From Vicugna vicugna (taxonomy: Eukaryota), in assembly GCA_013265495.1 (NCBI GenBank), contig MU058793.1:250001-314000 (forward strand): a DNA stretch of 64,000 nt. The letters are read 5' to 3'. The notes under the pieces are model-generated. The model did no database searches, was not told the DNA's origin, and saw only the letters and a list, made by a program, of their open reading frames with translations. Of the stretch, positions 1 to 11,557 are shown one piece after another. The position numbers were made by a program, and so were the translations under genes. Positions within the stretch are counted from its first letter, which is position 1. Each line of letters begins with the position of its first letter.

Positions 1-1134
1 CAAAGGCGCCCCATTCAAAGCAGGCTGTAATTGCAGTCTTTCAGCAAAACAGCATTTACCCAAACATGCCTTTCAGAATGTGGTACAATTTATCACCCCC
101 ATGGTGCCTGACACACAATTACATTTGTCACTGCTTTAATTGGATATTTCATGTCAGTAATGACTCATCAGCTCCAGAAGTTTATGAAAGATGAATTTTT
201 GACTACTATCCTTCAGAATTTGCTCCAAAAATAAAACTAAAAAATTATTTGTCTTTTAGGAAGGGTAGAAGTTGCATTTGGGAGAAACATTAATCCTTGT
301 TTTAGAAAAATAACTATGTATTTCATTTATTGACAGCAAGATGATTGCCTACAGTGTTTCTCATTACCTCTAGATCACAAATGAGTAAATCACTGTCAGA
401 CAAACCAAGGTTAAAACTGAGTGTGTACATTTTTAACAAGGTGCAGCAATAAATAAATAAATAAAATAAGCAGCAACAACAAAAAACTCCATCACCAAGA
501 GAGTATTGTTAATTCAGAGAATTTTTTTAGATTCTGTGATGTGATAAGCTCTGCAACTCAGTCATCGCTGAAATTAAATTAGGTTTCAGAAAATGAATAT
601 TTCATTTTTAAGACTCTGTTGCTTAGAGACCTGGGAAGAGAAGGCTAGTTTAGCCCAAGATGGGGGAGACATTATGATGGCCAGGATTTCCTACTCCTGG
701 AAACTGCTGGAGAATGCCTAGGAAAAATTACACAAGGGAGGCAAAGCGATGATTGTACAAATGGGTTCATTATAAATGCCACAATGCATGTCATTTCTTC
801 CAAGCTTCTCTCTCTACCCTTCACCCTTATTAGTAAGACTTAAATTGGGCAAAATATCATGATACCATAGATCTAATCTACCTTTTGTTTAAACAGACAT
901 GGTATTTAAAAAGGCAAAGCATCCATAGCCTCAGTGGCGAAAACAAAGGATGCTTTTCTTAACAAGGCTGAACAAATAGTAGAGATACAGAAACTCGTAT
1001 TTACATGTTGGGTGGATCCACACTCACCTCACTACATTTTAATCAGCATCATAAACATTGAATACACATTCCCTTCATTACCACTGAAGCTAGAACAGTT
1101 TTAAGAGATCTTTTTGGATACGGTGGAATGCTGA

Positions 1135-1603
1135 TTATTTCCCAGAATCTATAATAACAGGACCTCTTGAGCGTTACATGAGCACCTGGCTACCCACCTA
1201 AGGATTACTTTTCCCAGCCTTCCTGGTGGGTAGGTGTGATCATGTGAATGTTTTGACCAGTGAGATGCAGGCAGAAGCCATGTGTGCAACTTGCAGATCA
1301 TAATTTTTTTGGAAGAAAGCTCTTGCCCTCTCCTCCATCCTTTCCCTTCCTGGGGGCTGGCATGCAAAGGTAAGGGTGTGAGCCAGATTAACTCTATGGA
1401 GCTGTACTTAGAAGTATGGCAGAGCAGTGAGATAGAAGTAACCTAGATTCCCGTATGGTCTCATGAAACAAAGTAACTTAACCAACCTGCATCATCTGCC
1501 CAGTTCTAGGCTGTATCATGAGGGAGAAATAAGTATCTGTCTTATAAGTCTGTGTTTGAGAATCCCTTTTTTACAACAATATACCCTGTACCCTAACTAA
1601 CAC
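1135..1603 (+). mobile_element. MaLR solo LTR (MLT1H/I/J-like)
   Basis: TTTCCCAGCCTTCC...TGTGATCATGTGA...GGCAGAGCAGTGAGATAGAAG; ends CTAACTAACACA. Confidence 0.7.
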
Positions 1604-1799
1604 ATTCGATTTTGGTAGACGTGATCTACCAAAATTTCTCTTCCTCTCATTTGTTCAACTAGATTGTCATTCTCACCTACTCTTGATTCTCACCTTCCTT
1701 CCTCAGTTCTTTATAGTAGATACAAATGAGGATGACAGCCTAGCTCTCCAAGGCTGTTAGAACCTTCTTTGTGGTTGCTACCAGCCCCTACAAAATGCC

Positions 1800-2203
1800 C
1801 ATCCAGAATTCTAACGTGTTCCCACTGTGAAATGCATCTGTATATATATATATGACCCTGCGTCCAAGACCACAGTGACTTCCCAAGAAAGAAGCGTGTG
1901 ACACAAGCTGGGAGGGTCAGAGTTCTTTCCTGGGATCTTCCTGGAGAATGGGCACTTGCTCTTTTGTGAAACAGAAATTTGCTGACTTGTGAAGCCCTTT
2001 TGCAATGATAAAGAATAAATAGAGAATGAGATCAATGTATAGAAAAGAGGAAGACAAACCCAGTGCTTGTCCCCAGTTATCCCAAGCCTAACTTATAACC
2101 TAAACTTCACAGGCCATATGAGCCAAAAAAAAAAAAAAAGTTGTTGGGTGAGGCTAGTTTGAACTGGGTTCTTCCATTAGCAAATAAAAGATCCCCAATT
2201 ACT
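1800..2203 (+). mobile_element. MaLR solo LTR (MLT1K-like)
   Basis: CCACAGTGACT...GTGACACAAGCTGG...CAGAGTTCTTTCCTGGGA; 3' end GCTAGTTTGAACTGGGTTCTTCCATTAGCAA. Confidence 0.6.
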
Positions 2204-3739
2204 GCTCCCTGCAAATTAACCTCATTATTTCAACACTGGCGTTGCATGCTTAAATGGGGCTTTGGGGTTTTTTTTTCCCCCTAGAAGCATCAAGAATCAA
2301 ACAAAAATTAAGAAAACTTAATGCCATATAACATCTGGTCATAGAGCCATGTCCTATATATAGTCAAATTTCACTCTTCAAATCATGATTTTATTCTTCC
2401 AGGTTAAACATGAGTTACTGGAATCCATAAATGCTGTCCTAATGTTTGTGACTACCTACCACTCCACCCCAAATCATTAGTTCAAAGCAGCACCAAGATC
2501 ATAAATGTAAAGTATTTTTCTGTTATAATTTCTATGCAACACATTAGCATGGAGATTAACCACCTGGAAAAAGAAAAAAATACATATGTAATGCCAAACC
2601 TAAAAGCATACACAACACCATAAGAACTGCTTTTTTCTGTACCTCTGAGTGTTGGAAAATCAAAAAGTTGACAAGCTGTTCGTTCATAAAGTGAGGGTCA
2701 TTCTGCAGGCCAGGTTTGATTAAAGAAGCATTCTCAGTGATCTAACGACATCATTTAAAAATGAAATTGAAGAGGGAAGAGGTGGCCACTTCTAACTTTA
2801 GAGTAGGGCACTCAGGGAATCCTGCAGAGATGGGGGTGACTGGCTGCATTAACAGTGACCGGTTTGTTTCCATATTGCCAAGTGCAGTGATCTGATCATG
2901 TAAGATCAGGGACTCCCTTTGAGTAACTGATAAACAGTAACTCTCCCTGACAGACAGGGACTTAATTTTAACTGAATAAAACTGAAGAGGGTGCAGGAGC
3001 CATTTCGGAAGTGTGCGAGTGCACGGGCAATACACATTTAACCAAGAATTTCTTTCATGTACTTTGGCACCAGCACTCCTACCAAGAATCAAAGTGGAGC
3101 ATAATTTCTATGATGAATAGGGGCTGACAAGGGCCACCACATCAAAATGCCCCTCTATCTAGCTGTCACTCATCGCTGATGGACACAGGAGACAGTCCCT
3201 GTTGGTAGAGACTCAAAGATGAACTTGTTTTAAATCTAATAGCCAGTAGGAATGTGTTCTAGCCTTTTCTATGGTTGCTGGGCTCATGCTCATATTCTGC
3301 ATCCAGCAAGAATTCAGAGAAGCCTTTAAGGAAGAAAAGTAGGAGTAGGTGAGCCACATTTTTCATTGTTATTATAATTTTTAATTTATATTAATCATAT
3401 ATATTCTTAATTATGTATATGGTCATCACGATATGTAAAGTCTTCATGCTCACAGCATTAGTATTTTCCTTTGGGTTGTATTCCTGTGAGTGTCTGCCAC
3501 TTTACAAGTCTGCGCTGATAAATGAGTTACTTTCTTCTTCAGTCAAGTAATAAGTAGTTATTGTGAAAATGAACCTACAGGACTATTAGACTGGATAGAA
3601 AGTTGAAAAGGAGTACCAGACATTCTCTTCCAAGAAGTTAACAATCCATCTGAGAGGGAGACAGGACTCAGAGTAGGAAGCAATGTAAAAACTTAAAAGA
3701 CTGCAGCCCACTTGAATGTACTTCTGTCTAAGTGGAACA

Positions 3740-4100
3740 GACTGATATTTCTTAAATTTCAGTCACATTATTCTAATCTGATGTGGTTTTCCTTTTCCAT
3801 ATTCACCTGCCATGGAATTATTATTTTTTACTCAATATTATTACATAAATGAAATCATTTTTTTCCTTAAATAACCCCGTAGTCAAAGGAAACTTTAGAC
3901 TGCTACCATAAGTGGAAACCTCATTTTCCATAATTTAGTTAAGCATAAAAGAAAATTCACTAAAAATAAAACGATGCTATAAAATTACAGCTAGACATTG
4001 TTGCCTGCTGAAAGCTAAGTTCCACTATGTATCTCTGTAATCTCAGATCATTTTTCTTTTACTGAAAGTCACCATGGCACCGCCAGTAGTATGTGTGCCC
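3740..4100 (+). mobile_element. hAT-Charlie (Charlie4-like) relic
   Basis: AAATTACAGCTAGACATTGTTGCCTGCTGAA and neighbouring sequence are similar to 23340-23380 and to the recalled Charlie4 consensus. Confidence 0.6.
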
Positions 4101-4324
4101 TGTAATTAAGGATCTACTACTGAGGAATTCACAGTGAGAGGGATTCAGAAGAGGGAGTGAGCTGTGGGCCACGTGATCTGCTAAGGCTTTATGAAGGACG
4201 CAGCATTCGAGTGGAGCTTGAATTGATGGGATTGTCCAACTAGTGGGCGAGAAGATCTGAGACATGGGAGTAGTGATGCTAAGTTTGCTTTCTTAATCAG
4301 TCATCATATCTGGCCTAGGACTTC

Positions 4325-4575
4325 AATAACAGTAGACAATTAACATTTACTGAATCACTTTACTATGTACCAAGCACTAAGCTAGGCATTTTCACATATG
4401 TTTCCTCTTTTAATCCTAATAACTTAAGGAAACAGCTATGCTCCCCATTTTATAGATGAGGAAACGCAAGACACTGAACTAATTCAAGGTTACATAGCTT
4501 GGAAAGGTAGTGGAGCTGGGGATTACAGTCCAGGTGCCTCTGTATCTCAAACCCCTGTTTCCTACTTCACACTGT
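4325..4575 (-). mobile_element. MIR SINE
   Basis: CCCCATTTTATAGATGAGGAAAC core, preceded by AACATTTACTGAATCACTTTACTATGTACCAAGCAC. Confidence 0.85.
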
Positions 4576-5419
4576 GTTTCCAGCAAAATCATGAAATAAA
4601 AGCCGTGGGCCACCTTGGGAAATTCTCACGAAAGGACTCTGTCGTGGGAGCTGGGAACGCAGGGGAGGTGAAGGCATCTTCTCCTTCACTAAAGCCCTAA
4701 GCAGCGGAGGCTAATAAGCACCCGGGGAGGGGAGCGGCTGCTCCACCATTTCCTCCTCTTCTGGAATGTTGTAGCTGGGACTTGAGTAATGAAAACAAGA
4801 GCCTCGCGTTAGGCCTTCCAGCTCTGAAACTGGAAAATATCAGCTGTGCGTATCAGCGGCATCAGTGACCAAAAGTTGACCTTGCTGAGTTAATCAGTAG
4901 AGAAACTAATCAGTTGGAAAAATGCAAATTTGTTTTCTGCACAGAGTTGGAAACTCATTACACTGAGCCACTCCTTAAATTAAGTTCTGAGTAGGGACTC
5001 AAAATCTGGGTCAGATAAGGAACAGTGCAGGGCTGTAATAAAGCAGGTCGGAGACCAGTGGCACTCGGAATCCTAGCATTTGAGGCATTTGTATTAATTT
5101 CTCCTTAGGCCCTTTAACTGTGTCTACAGAACAGAAAATGGCCAACTCAGTTTGAATTAGATTGTTTTTTCTAGATGTCACGTATTTTTAAGGATGAACA
5201 TTTCCTTATCGCACATTTGGCTTAAGAGTTTGAACAGTGCACCTGCTCCTTTACCCCAACTGTCAAACCTTAAGCTACTTCATCTCCCTAAGTAAACAAT
5301 GGATTGCTGCATGCATTACCTGGGCCATAAGATTCTAGATGTGAACATTATCTCATGGACTAGCCACATCCCTTGCTCCCTGGAACCTCTGGGTCACTAA
5401 GTCTGAGAAACCAGAACTA

Positions 5420-5456
5420 TGTGTTGTTGTTGTTGTGTGTGTGTGTGTGTGTGTGT
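5420..5456. repeat. Compound (GTT)n(GT)n microsatellite
   Basis: Directly visible in the sequence. Confidence 0.95.
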
Positions 5457-6439
5457 TTTCCAAAATGCCAATTATGGTTTAAAATCATATGGCTGTCACT
5501 CAGTACCCCAGTGGGACAAATCAATAATGTGGCTTCACTTCTTTTCCTTACCCTCCACCCAGATGATCGAGCAACTTTAAGAGAACTGACACTGTCCCTC
5601 TGCACTTTTGCCAATTCTCCTTCCAGTGTGCCTTAGAAAACCCTCTGCGATTGATTTCTGTGCACATCAACTTGGAAGACACCTGCTAGAAAAACGACAC
5701 TGAAGGAGAGGGCACTCAACAAAATGCACAGTATGTGCAGTAATGGGTTCTCTAGCTCTTCCATCTTGGGCTTAAATAACCACCTACAGGATAGAATCGT
5801 CGAGAGTTTAAAAACAAAATGCCTTTGGATCAAAAACAAAGATTATTTTGACAACACACCCATTTCTTTATGCACCTACTATGTTCCTGGCATGCGACCA
5901 AATCATTTCAAAAGTTAATCGGATACAATACCTCCAAAAGCTTAGGATCGAGTACGCGAGGCAGAAAATTATCACCAACCAGCTACACAAGTGCAATTGT
6001 AGAATACCGACAAGGTCCAAGAGTAGTGTGATTTTTTTTTTCTTCCTCCCTCAAAAATCTTGAAATGAATGATAATTTTGGCAAGTCTCTTTAACCTGGA
6101 GAAAAAATGAGGAGGAGGCCGTAGATATCAGTTGCTGTCTTCAGAGAGCTGATAGAGCTGCCGCAGAGAAAGCAGACGCATATTTCTCCGAGTTGCTCAG
6201 GAAAGCGTATCTGGTTAAATATTTATAAGACATTTTAATTTGACATCGGAAAGAGCTTTCTCCTAAGTAGGGTGTTCCCATAAGAGGTTAGCTCCATTGA
6301 GAATCACTGAGCTATCATTTCTCTGCTATGAATGGCCAGTCATCGTTTTTCTCCTTACTGGGCATGTGTCCTTATCTTTGCCACCAGCATGCTTCTCCGC
6401 CAACGTCCTTTGTCCTTATGCCCTGTGAAGACACAGGCC

Positions 6440-6921
6440 CGCTAAGCCACATAGTACCACGTGACCTGACCGCCCCCTCGGTCAAGCTAATTGGTCTTGG
6501 ATGAGACATATAACCCGAGGCCAGGTTTTCACTGGCTGCCTAGCAACCGGTTGTGCGCTCTTTCCTAAGAACTTGAATTAGGAATCACAGAGATGGTGGT
6601 GGTTTGGTCCTGGATGTGTCCAGTTTGTAAACTCTTGACTTGTGGCTCTGTGGGCTGTGTCCACGTAGACATAGGCAGCTCACAGAGAAGCCACCAAGAA
6701 AAGAGATACCTCCTACCACGTGGCCACTAACAGCAAGAGGCAGGACCAGGCAGCTCCTAAACCTGAGGGCAGGCTTTGGTTTGTGCTGGCTTCTATTTCT
6801 GGTCCCAATGAGCCTCACTGTGACCCTGAGTTTGCCTGTCAAATCCTAAATATAAGCCAACTTTCTCTGAACTAGCTTCAGTAAGTTTCTTTCTGTGCAA
6901 CCAGTGATCCCCACAAGAACA
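6440..6921 (+). mobile_element. Old MaLR solo LTR (MLT1L/M/N-like)
   Basis: 3' end CTGAACTAGCTTCAGTAAGTTTCTTTCTGTGCAACCAG...AAGAACA resembles late MLT1 termini. Confidence 0.55.
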
Positions 6922-7099
6922 TTAACAAACAAAAAAGCTTACATTTCTCTATCAAGAGTTAAGCAGCATCTACACACACTCCTGCTGCAACCTAAAACAA
7001 AATTACACTTTAATTCCACGTTGATTCCTGGACTTTGTTATTACAATTGTCACTATATTGTTTTTATTTTCCCTACACGTGGAGAATGGTTTGAGAGGA

Positions 7100-7780
7100 C
7101 CCAAAAATGTTGAAATCAAAATCATATCCCTCCTGAGTTTTGGAATTTCTTTTCTATTCCTGCTAGTATTTTCATATTACAGGTGAGACATTTGTTGCCA
7201 GACTGATTCTCCCTCCTTAACGGTCACCACATTCTTTTTTTATACTGAAATTGTGTGTATTTTTCTCCCCATATCCCCAAAATTCAAAAATAACACTAGG
7301 ATATATCTATGTGTGTCTCTTTTCTAAGTACCTACCTGCCTGGCATTCGGTGTGCCCTATGATCTGAAGACTCAAGAATTTCTTTGTCTGGGGGAATTTT
7401 ATTCACTTGTTCTGTTATCACTTTTTAAAACTTCTTCCCCATTTATATTTTCTCTTTCTATGATACACATTAGAAATCTCATCTCTTAGACTTACTTTGT
7501 GTTTCTTCTCTTTTTATCCATAATTTAAATTTTGTCCTCTGGCTCTGCACTTTGAAGAATGTCTTCTGCTGGTTTATCAGTTCATTATTTCCACATTCAG
7601 CTGTTTGGTGTCTGTATTCTATTTTTAGTTTTGGTAAATATTTATTTTCTATGAATTCTTTCTTGTCTACCAATTATTCTTTTCTTTTTAAGCACATGAT
7701 ACCTTTACTTTCCAAAGTTATTATGCAATCCTACTAAGACTAATAGTTTAAACTTAATTTTAATCCTGTTTCCTCCATTA
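7100..7780 (-). mobile_element. Ancient L1/HAL1 ORF1 remnant
   Basis: T-rich degenerate sequence resembling the reverse complement of the L1ME/HAL1 ORF1 region. The reverse complement near 7180-7220 reads like the 'IRLxxDFS' motif. Confidence 0.5.
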
Positions 7781-8099
7781 TATTTATTTCAGTAGAGACC
7801 GGGGGGGAGTAGATAGTCCAGTCCATGAAAACCCCTTTGACTCCTATGTGTGGCAATAGAGCAGGAAAGGAATAATGATATTGATAATGATAATAATATA
7901 ATAATAATAAAGATCAGAGACAAAGATAAGATTAACATCTCCTTGGCAGAAATAGGAGACAAGCACAAAGCACTGAATGAGGTGATGTCAGAAGCCTACA
8001 GTGGCTAAGATTTGGCTCCCAATGAGTACGTGAGTCTAAATGTAAGTGACCGACCAGAGCAAGGCAGCAGGAGATACTAGGAGAGAACAGAGCATAGAT

Positions 8100-8280
8100 T
8101 CAAGTTGAAAAGGAAAAGATAAATAATATACAAACAATTCCTATCAACCTAGAATGTTATATTTTGCTAAATTTTCATTCAAATAAGAGGCCAAAATAAA
8201 TACGCTTTCAGACATACAAAGACTTAGAGAGTTTGAGAAGAGATGTTCTTTCTGAAAGAATTATTAGCAGACATACTGCA
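8100..8280 (+). mobile_element. Ancient L1/HAL1 ORF1 C-terminal remnant
   Basis: 8142-8234 translates YQPRMLYFAKFSFK*EAKINTLSDIQRLREF, matching the L1 ORF1p motif QPRILYPAKLSF...IKTFSDKQ.LREF, with an in-frame stop. Confidence 0.8.
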
Positions 8281-8512
8281 CTGGGGCTTTAGGGTTTCAG
8301 ATATAGAAAGAGCCTCACATCCCCCAAAACAGTATGCTTGTTAATAATGACTTTAGTGAGTATGATCTCTAGTCAGCTAGCTATGCACATATATTATATA
8401 AAGCTATATATCTGTATGTATATAGATATACACACATATGTGTAAGCAGGTATTTTGTGTATATATATTTGTTATATATATTATTTTATATTATTGTTTT
8501 ATATATATATAT

Positions 8513-8705
8513 AGTCAACCCTTGAACAACTTGTGTATTGGGGCACTGATCTTCCATGCAACTGAAAATCCAAGTATAAATTTACAGTGAGCTCTCCATA
8601 TCTGTGGTTCCACATTTATGAATTCAACCGAGGATCAGGTAATACTGTTGCATGGATTTAGTGAAAAAATCCACATATAAGTGGACCTACGCAGCTCAAA
8701 CCCAT
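8513..8705. mobile_element. MER8/Tigger3-type MITE
   Basis: AGTCAACCCTTGAACAAC...GAAAATCCAAGTATAA...AAAAAATCCACATATAAGTGGACCTACGCAGCTCAAACCC. The right TIR is lost into the microsatellite. Confidence 0.8.
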
Positions 8706-8885
8706 ATACATATATATATACACACACACACATATGTGTATATGTATGTATGTATGTGTATGTATATGTGTGTGTATGTATAGATATACTTATATATAGG
8801 TATATGAGTATATCTAAGTATATGTGTATATGTATTTATGTGTGTGTGTTTATGTGTGTGTATATGTATATGTATATACACACTA
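8704..8885. repeat. (TA)/(CA)/(TATG) low-complexity microsatellite array
   Basis: Directly visible. A second TA-rich run lies at 8385-8512, on the other side of the MER8. Confidence 0.95.
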
Positions 8886-11350
8886 CTGTGTGGTTTATCT
8901 AAGAAAAGGGAGATCTGAAGATAACATGGCAAAGTGCTCACATGGTCAGAGCTATCTGGATGATGGTGTAAGGTATAATGCCCTCTATCATTTTGTATGT
9001 TTTAAATATTCCTTACTAAATATTTTTTAATAATTTTAAAGCATAAAAATCAGTGAACTTGGTTTGCACATGAGCACAGACTCCAGGCATTTAAGAATAT
9101 CAGTAGCTGTTCTTTCGTGAGCTCATCAGATCACTGATGTTGAAGCTGTTTTTCATGCTTATCATAGTAATGCTGCCTCCTGTGGATTGTTTTAAAAAAA
9201 TGAAGACAATTTTACAATCAGCCATGGATCTTTGAAAAAAACTGTTTTATCCCTATTTGAATTTAGCTTTACTTGAATTGTCTTTTTATTTGAGGGGAGG
9301 GACTGGGTTTGGCAGGAGGACTGTCACAAGAGAATGGTGAGAGGACCATGTGCTGTCTCCCCTGGTGAAGGGGGACTATCTTTAACGGTCTCTTTCCTTG
9401 GATTCATAAATGGATTTCTGCCTCATCTTGCAGTAAATCTGAGACCAAAAGAATTCATAGGGCCTCCTAATGCACGTAATGCAGCATGACTGATGAAATG
9501 TGGCAGGCACAACCCAATATCTAGTTTTCTGAAAACCACACTGAAATGAACCATCCTGGCCAGAAAGTTAAAACAATACACAGACTTGAACAACCACCAA
9601 AGTTATTTTCCTTGATTCAGTCGTATTCTCAGGCACTTTGCAATTTGGATTACAAAGCACTGTCTGTGTATTTTCTGATGGTGGGTGACAGCTACTGTTT
9701 ATTCCCAGAAACTCAAATTAATGGTTTTGTTAAATCGACTTTCACCACTGCACACATAAGTCATCCCCTGGGGATCTGTCTAAAGGTCTAAGCCAGTTTC
9801 ATGTACTTCAAAATGAGTGCTCTTAAGCAAACAGCAAGAAAATTGGTTACCTGAATCTTGAAAGTCAATTGAGGTGCTGCCTGCAAGGACATAGAAGGGT
9901 CAGAAGAAATAGGTATAAAATAAGGACCGACTTCATTGGCCCTTCCCTAGCATAACAATCATGTCAGTAAAATGGACCAGTGACTCCAAGACAATGGGAA
10001 AGGCTGGAATTGGGAAGACTTTGGTTCTGGTTTAGTTCTTTCCCTCAGTCTCTCTCAAGCTCACTTGGCCCATCTGTAATACTTGATTCCAGTTCCCTGC
10101 TGAGTGAGTCTATATGTGAGTATAAAATGAAGTTACAGATATGAAAATGTGTTGTAGCTGGTAAAACACCATGTGTAAATAAGGTGTTAAATTATCTTCT
10201 GGAGAGTTCATTGAATCTTTCATCTTTCAAGCTGGTGACTTAGACTCCGTGAAAACAAAAGACTGAACCACATCTGACTTCTCAGGGTCTTCAGAGTGTC
10301 CTGTAACAGGAGTGTTACCATCCTAAACAGAGCACCTTCTCAAGCTGTTGTAAGAAGCACATGAGAAAATAGATGCAAGACCACATTGCTAAGTTAAAGA
10401 GATGGGATAAATAGCAAGTGTGGTTAGTTTTGATGAGCATTCTGACTGCCTTTCTAAACAAGCAGCCACCTGGAATATATTGACGAAAGAGGCAAGGAAA
10501 TGCCAGGACTGAGCAGCAGTGCCCCAAGAAGGGACTGGAAGTCTCATCACGTGAATCAAATCTGTCTCAGTTATTTTGGATATTTCAAGTAGCAGTTGTG
10601 ATTTTTTTTTTTTGCATTGCTTCTAGTCACCTGAAAAATTGCCACTGTTCTCAATTTCACTTTCTGTTGGGCATTCTGAAATGAAACAGTTAATCCAGGC
10701 AAGAACTGCATGCTCACGATCTGGGGATTCTAAACAGTGCGTGTAAAGGAAGCCATGGAAGCTGAATTAGGTAACGGCAAATGTCTTACTTAGGGTGAAA
10801 GTGATGTGTTTTCTTCGGCTATAGAAATCTCCAAATACTCATCTAAAACATCTAAAATCAATACAATATCCACTCAACGATCATAGGAAAGAACACAAAT
10901 AAATTACATCAAAACCATAGGCCTCCTTTAAGTGCATGAAAACTAAAAAAGAAAAGTCAAGTTTGACAAGGATTTGATTCACATTCAGATAAAGCCCTTG
11001 TCAGAGCAACGTAGTGGCAGGAGTATGAGGTTAGGGATCCCTGGCCTTGGGCAGGCACTTAACTCCCACATTTGTTTATTCGCCTATAAAATGGAGATAA
11101 TACTACAGTTGATGCTCTTTGCTGAACAAAGCTATAGATGGGAATGTGGTTTCCAAAGTACAAAGGCCTGTGGACATGCAAGTTATCTTGGTTACACCGA
11201 TGTACAAGATGTACAATTCAAGGCGTTGGTTCTTTTCTTCGTCTCTGTGCTGGCCATCAACGTAATGAGACTGTCCCATGCAAAAGCAGTATTTAATGCC
11301 ATCCACACCCCCAAGAAAATATGTATTGGCTATATTGTGTGTGCTCTAAC

Positions 11351-11557
11351 ACAGGGTCCTCAACCAGGTGTGCACAGTCCCTGGGAAGGTCTGTGGATTC
11401 ACTTCAAGAGGGACTCTGTTTCCCCTAAAATTTTATCACACGTGTGTGTTTATGTATACATAGTAAATTTGCACCTGCATGTACAAGCATGTATGCGTGC
11501 ACGTACACAATGAGTACATATATTTCATCAAATTACCAAAGGGATTCACGACCTAAC
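11351..11557. mobile_element. hAT-Charlie MITE relic
   Basis: CAGGGTCCTCAACC...GGTCTGTGGAT...TTTCATCAAATTACCAAAGGGATTCACGACC. Confidence 0.5.

Noticed and set aside
8681..9030. Y/V/C/M- and H/I/T-rich ORFs
   Set aside because: These are translations of a TA/TG microsatellite.
10974..11513. Longest ORF in the window (179 aa)
   Set aside because: It starts at TTG, runs through MIR, hAT and simple-repeat sequence, and has no recognisable protein features.
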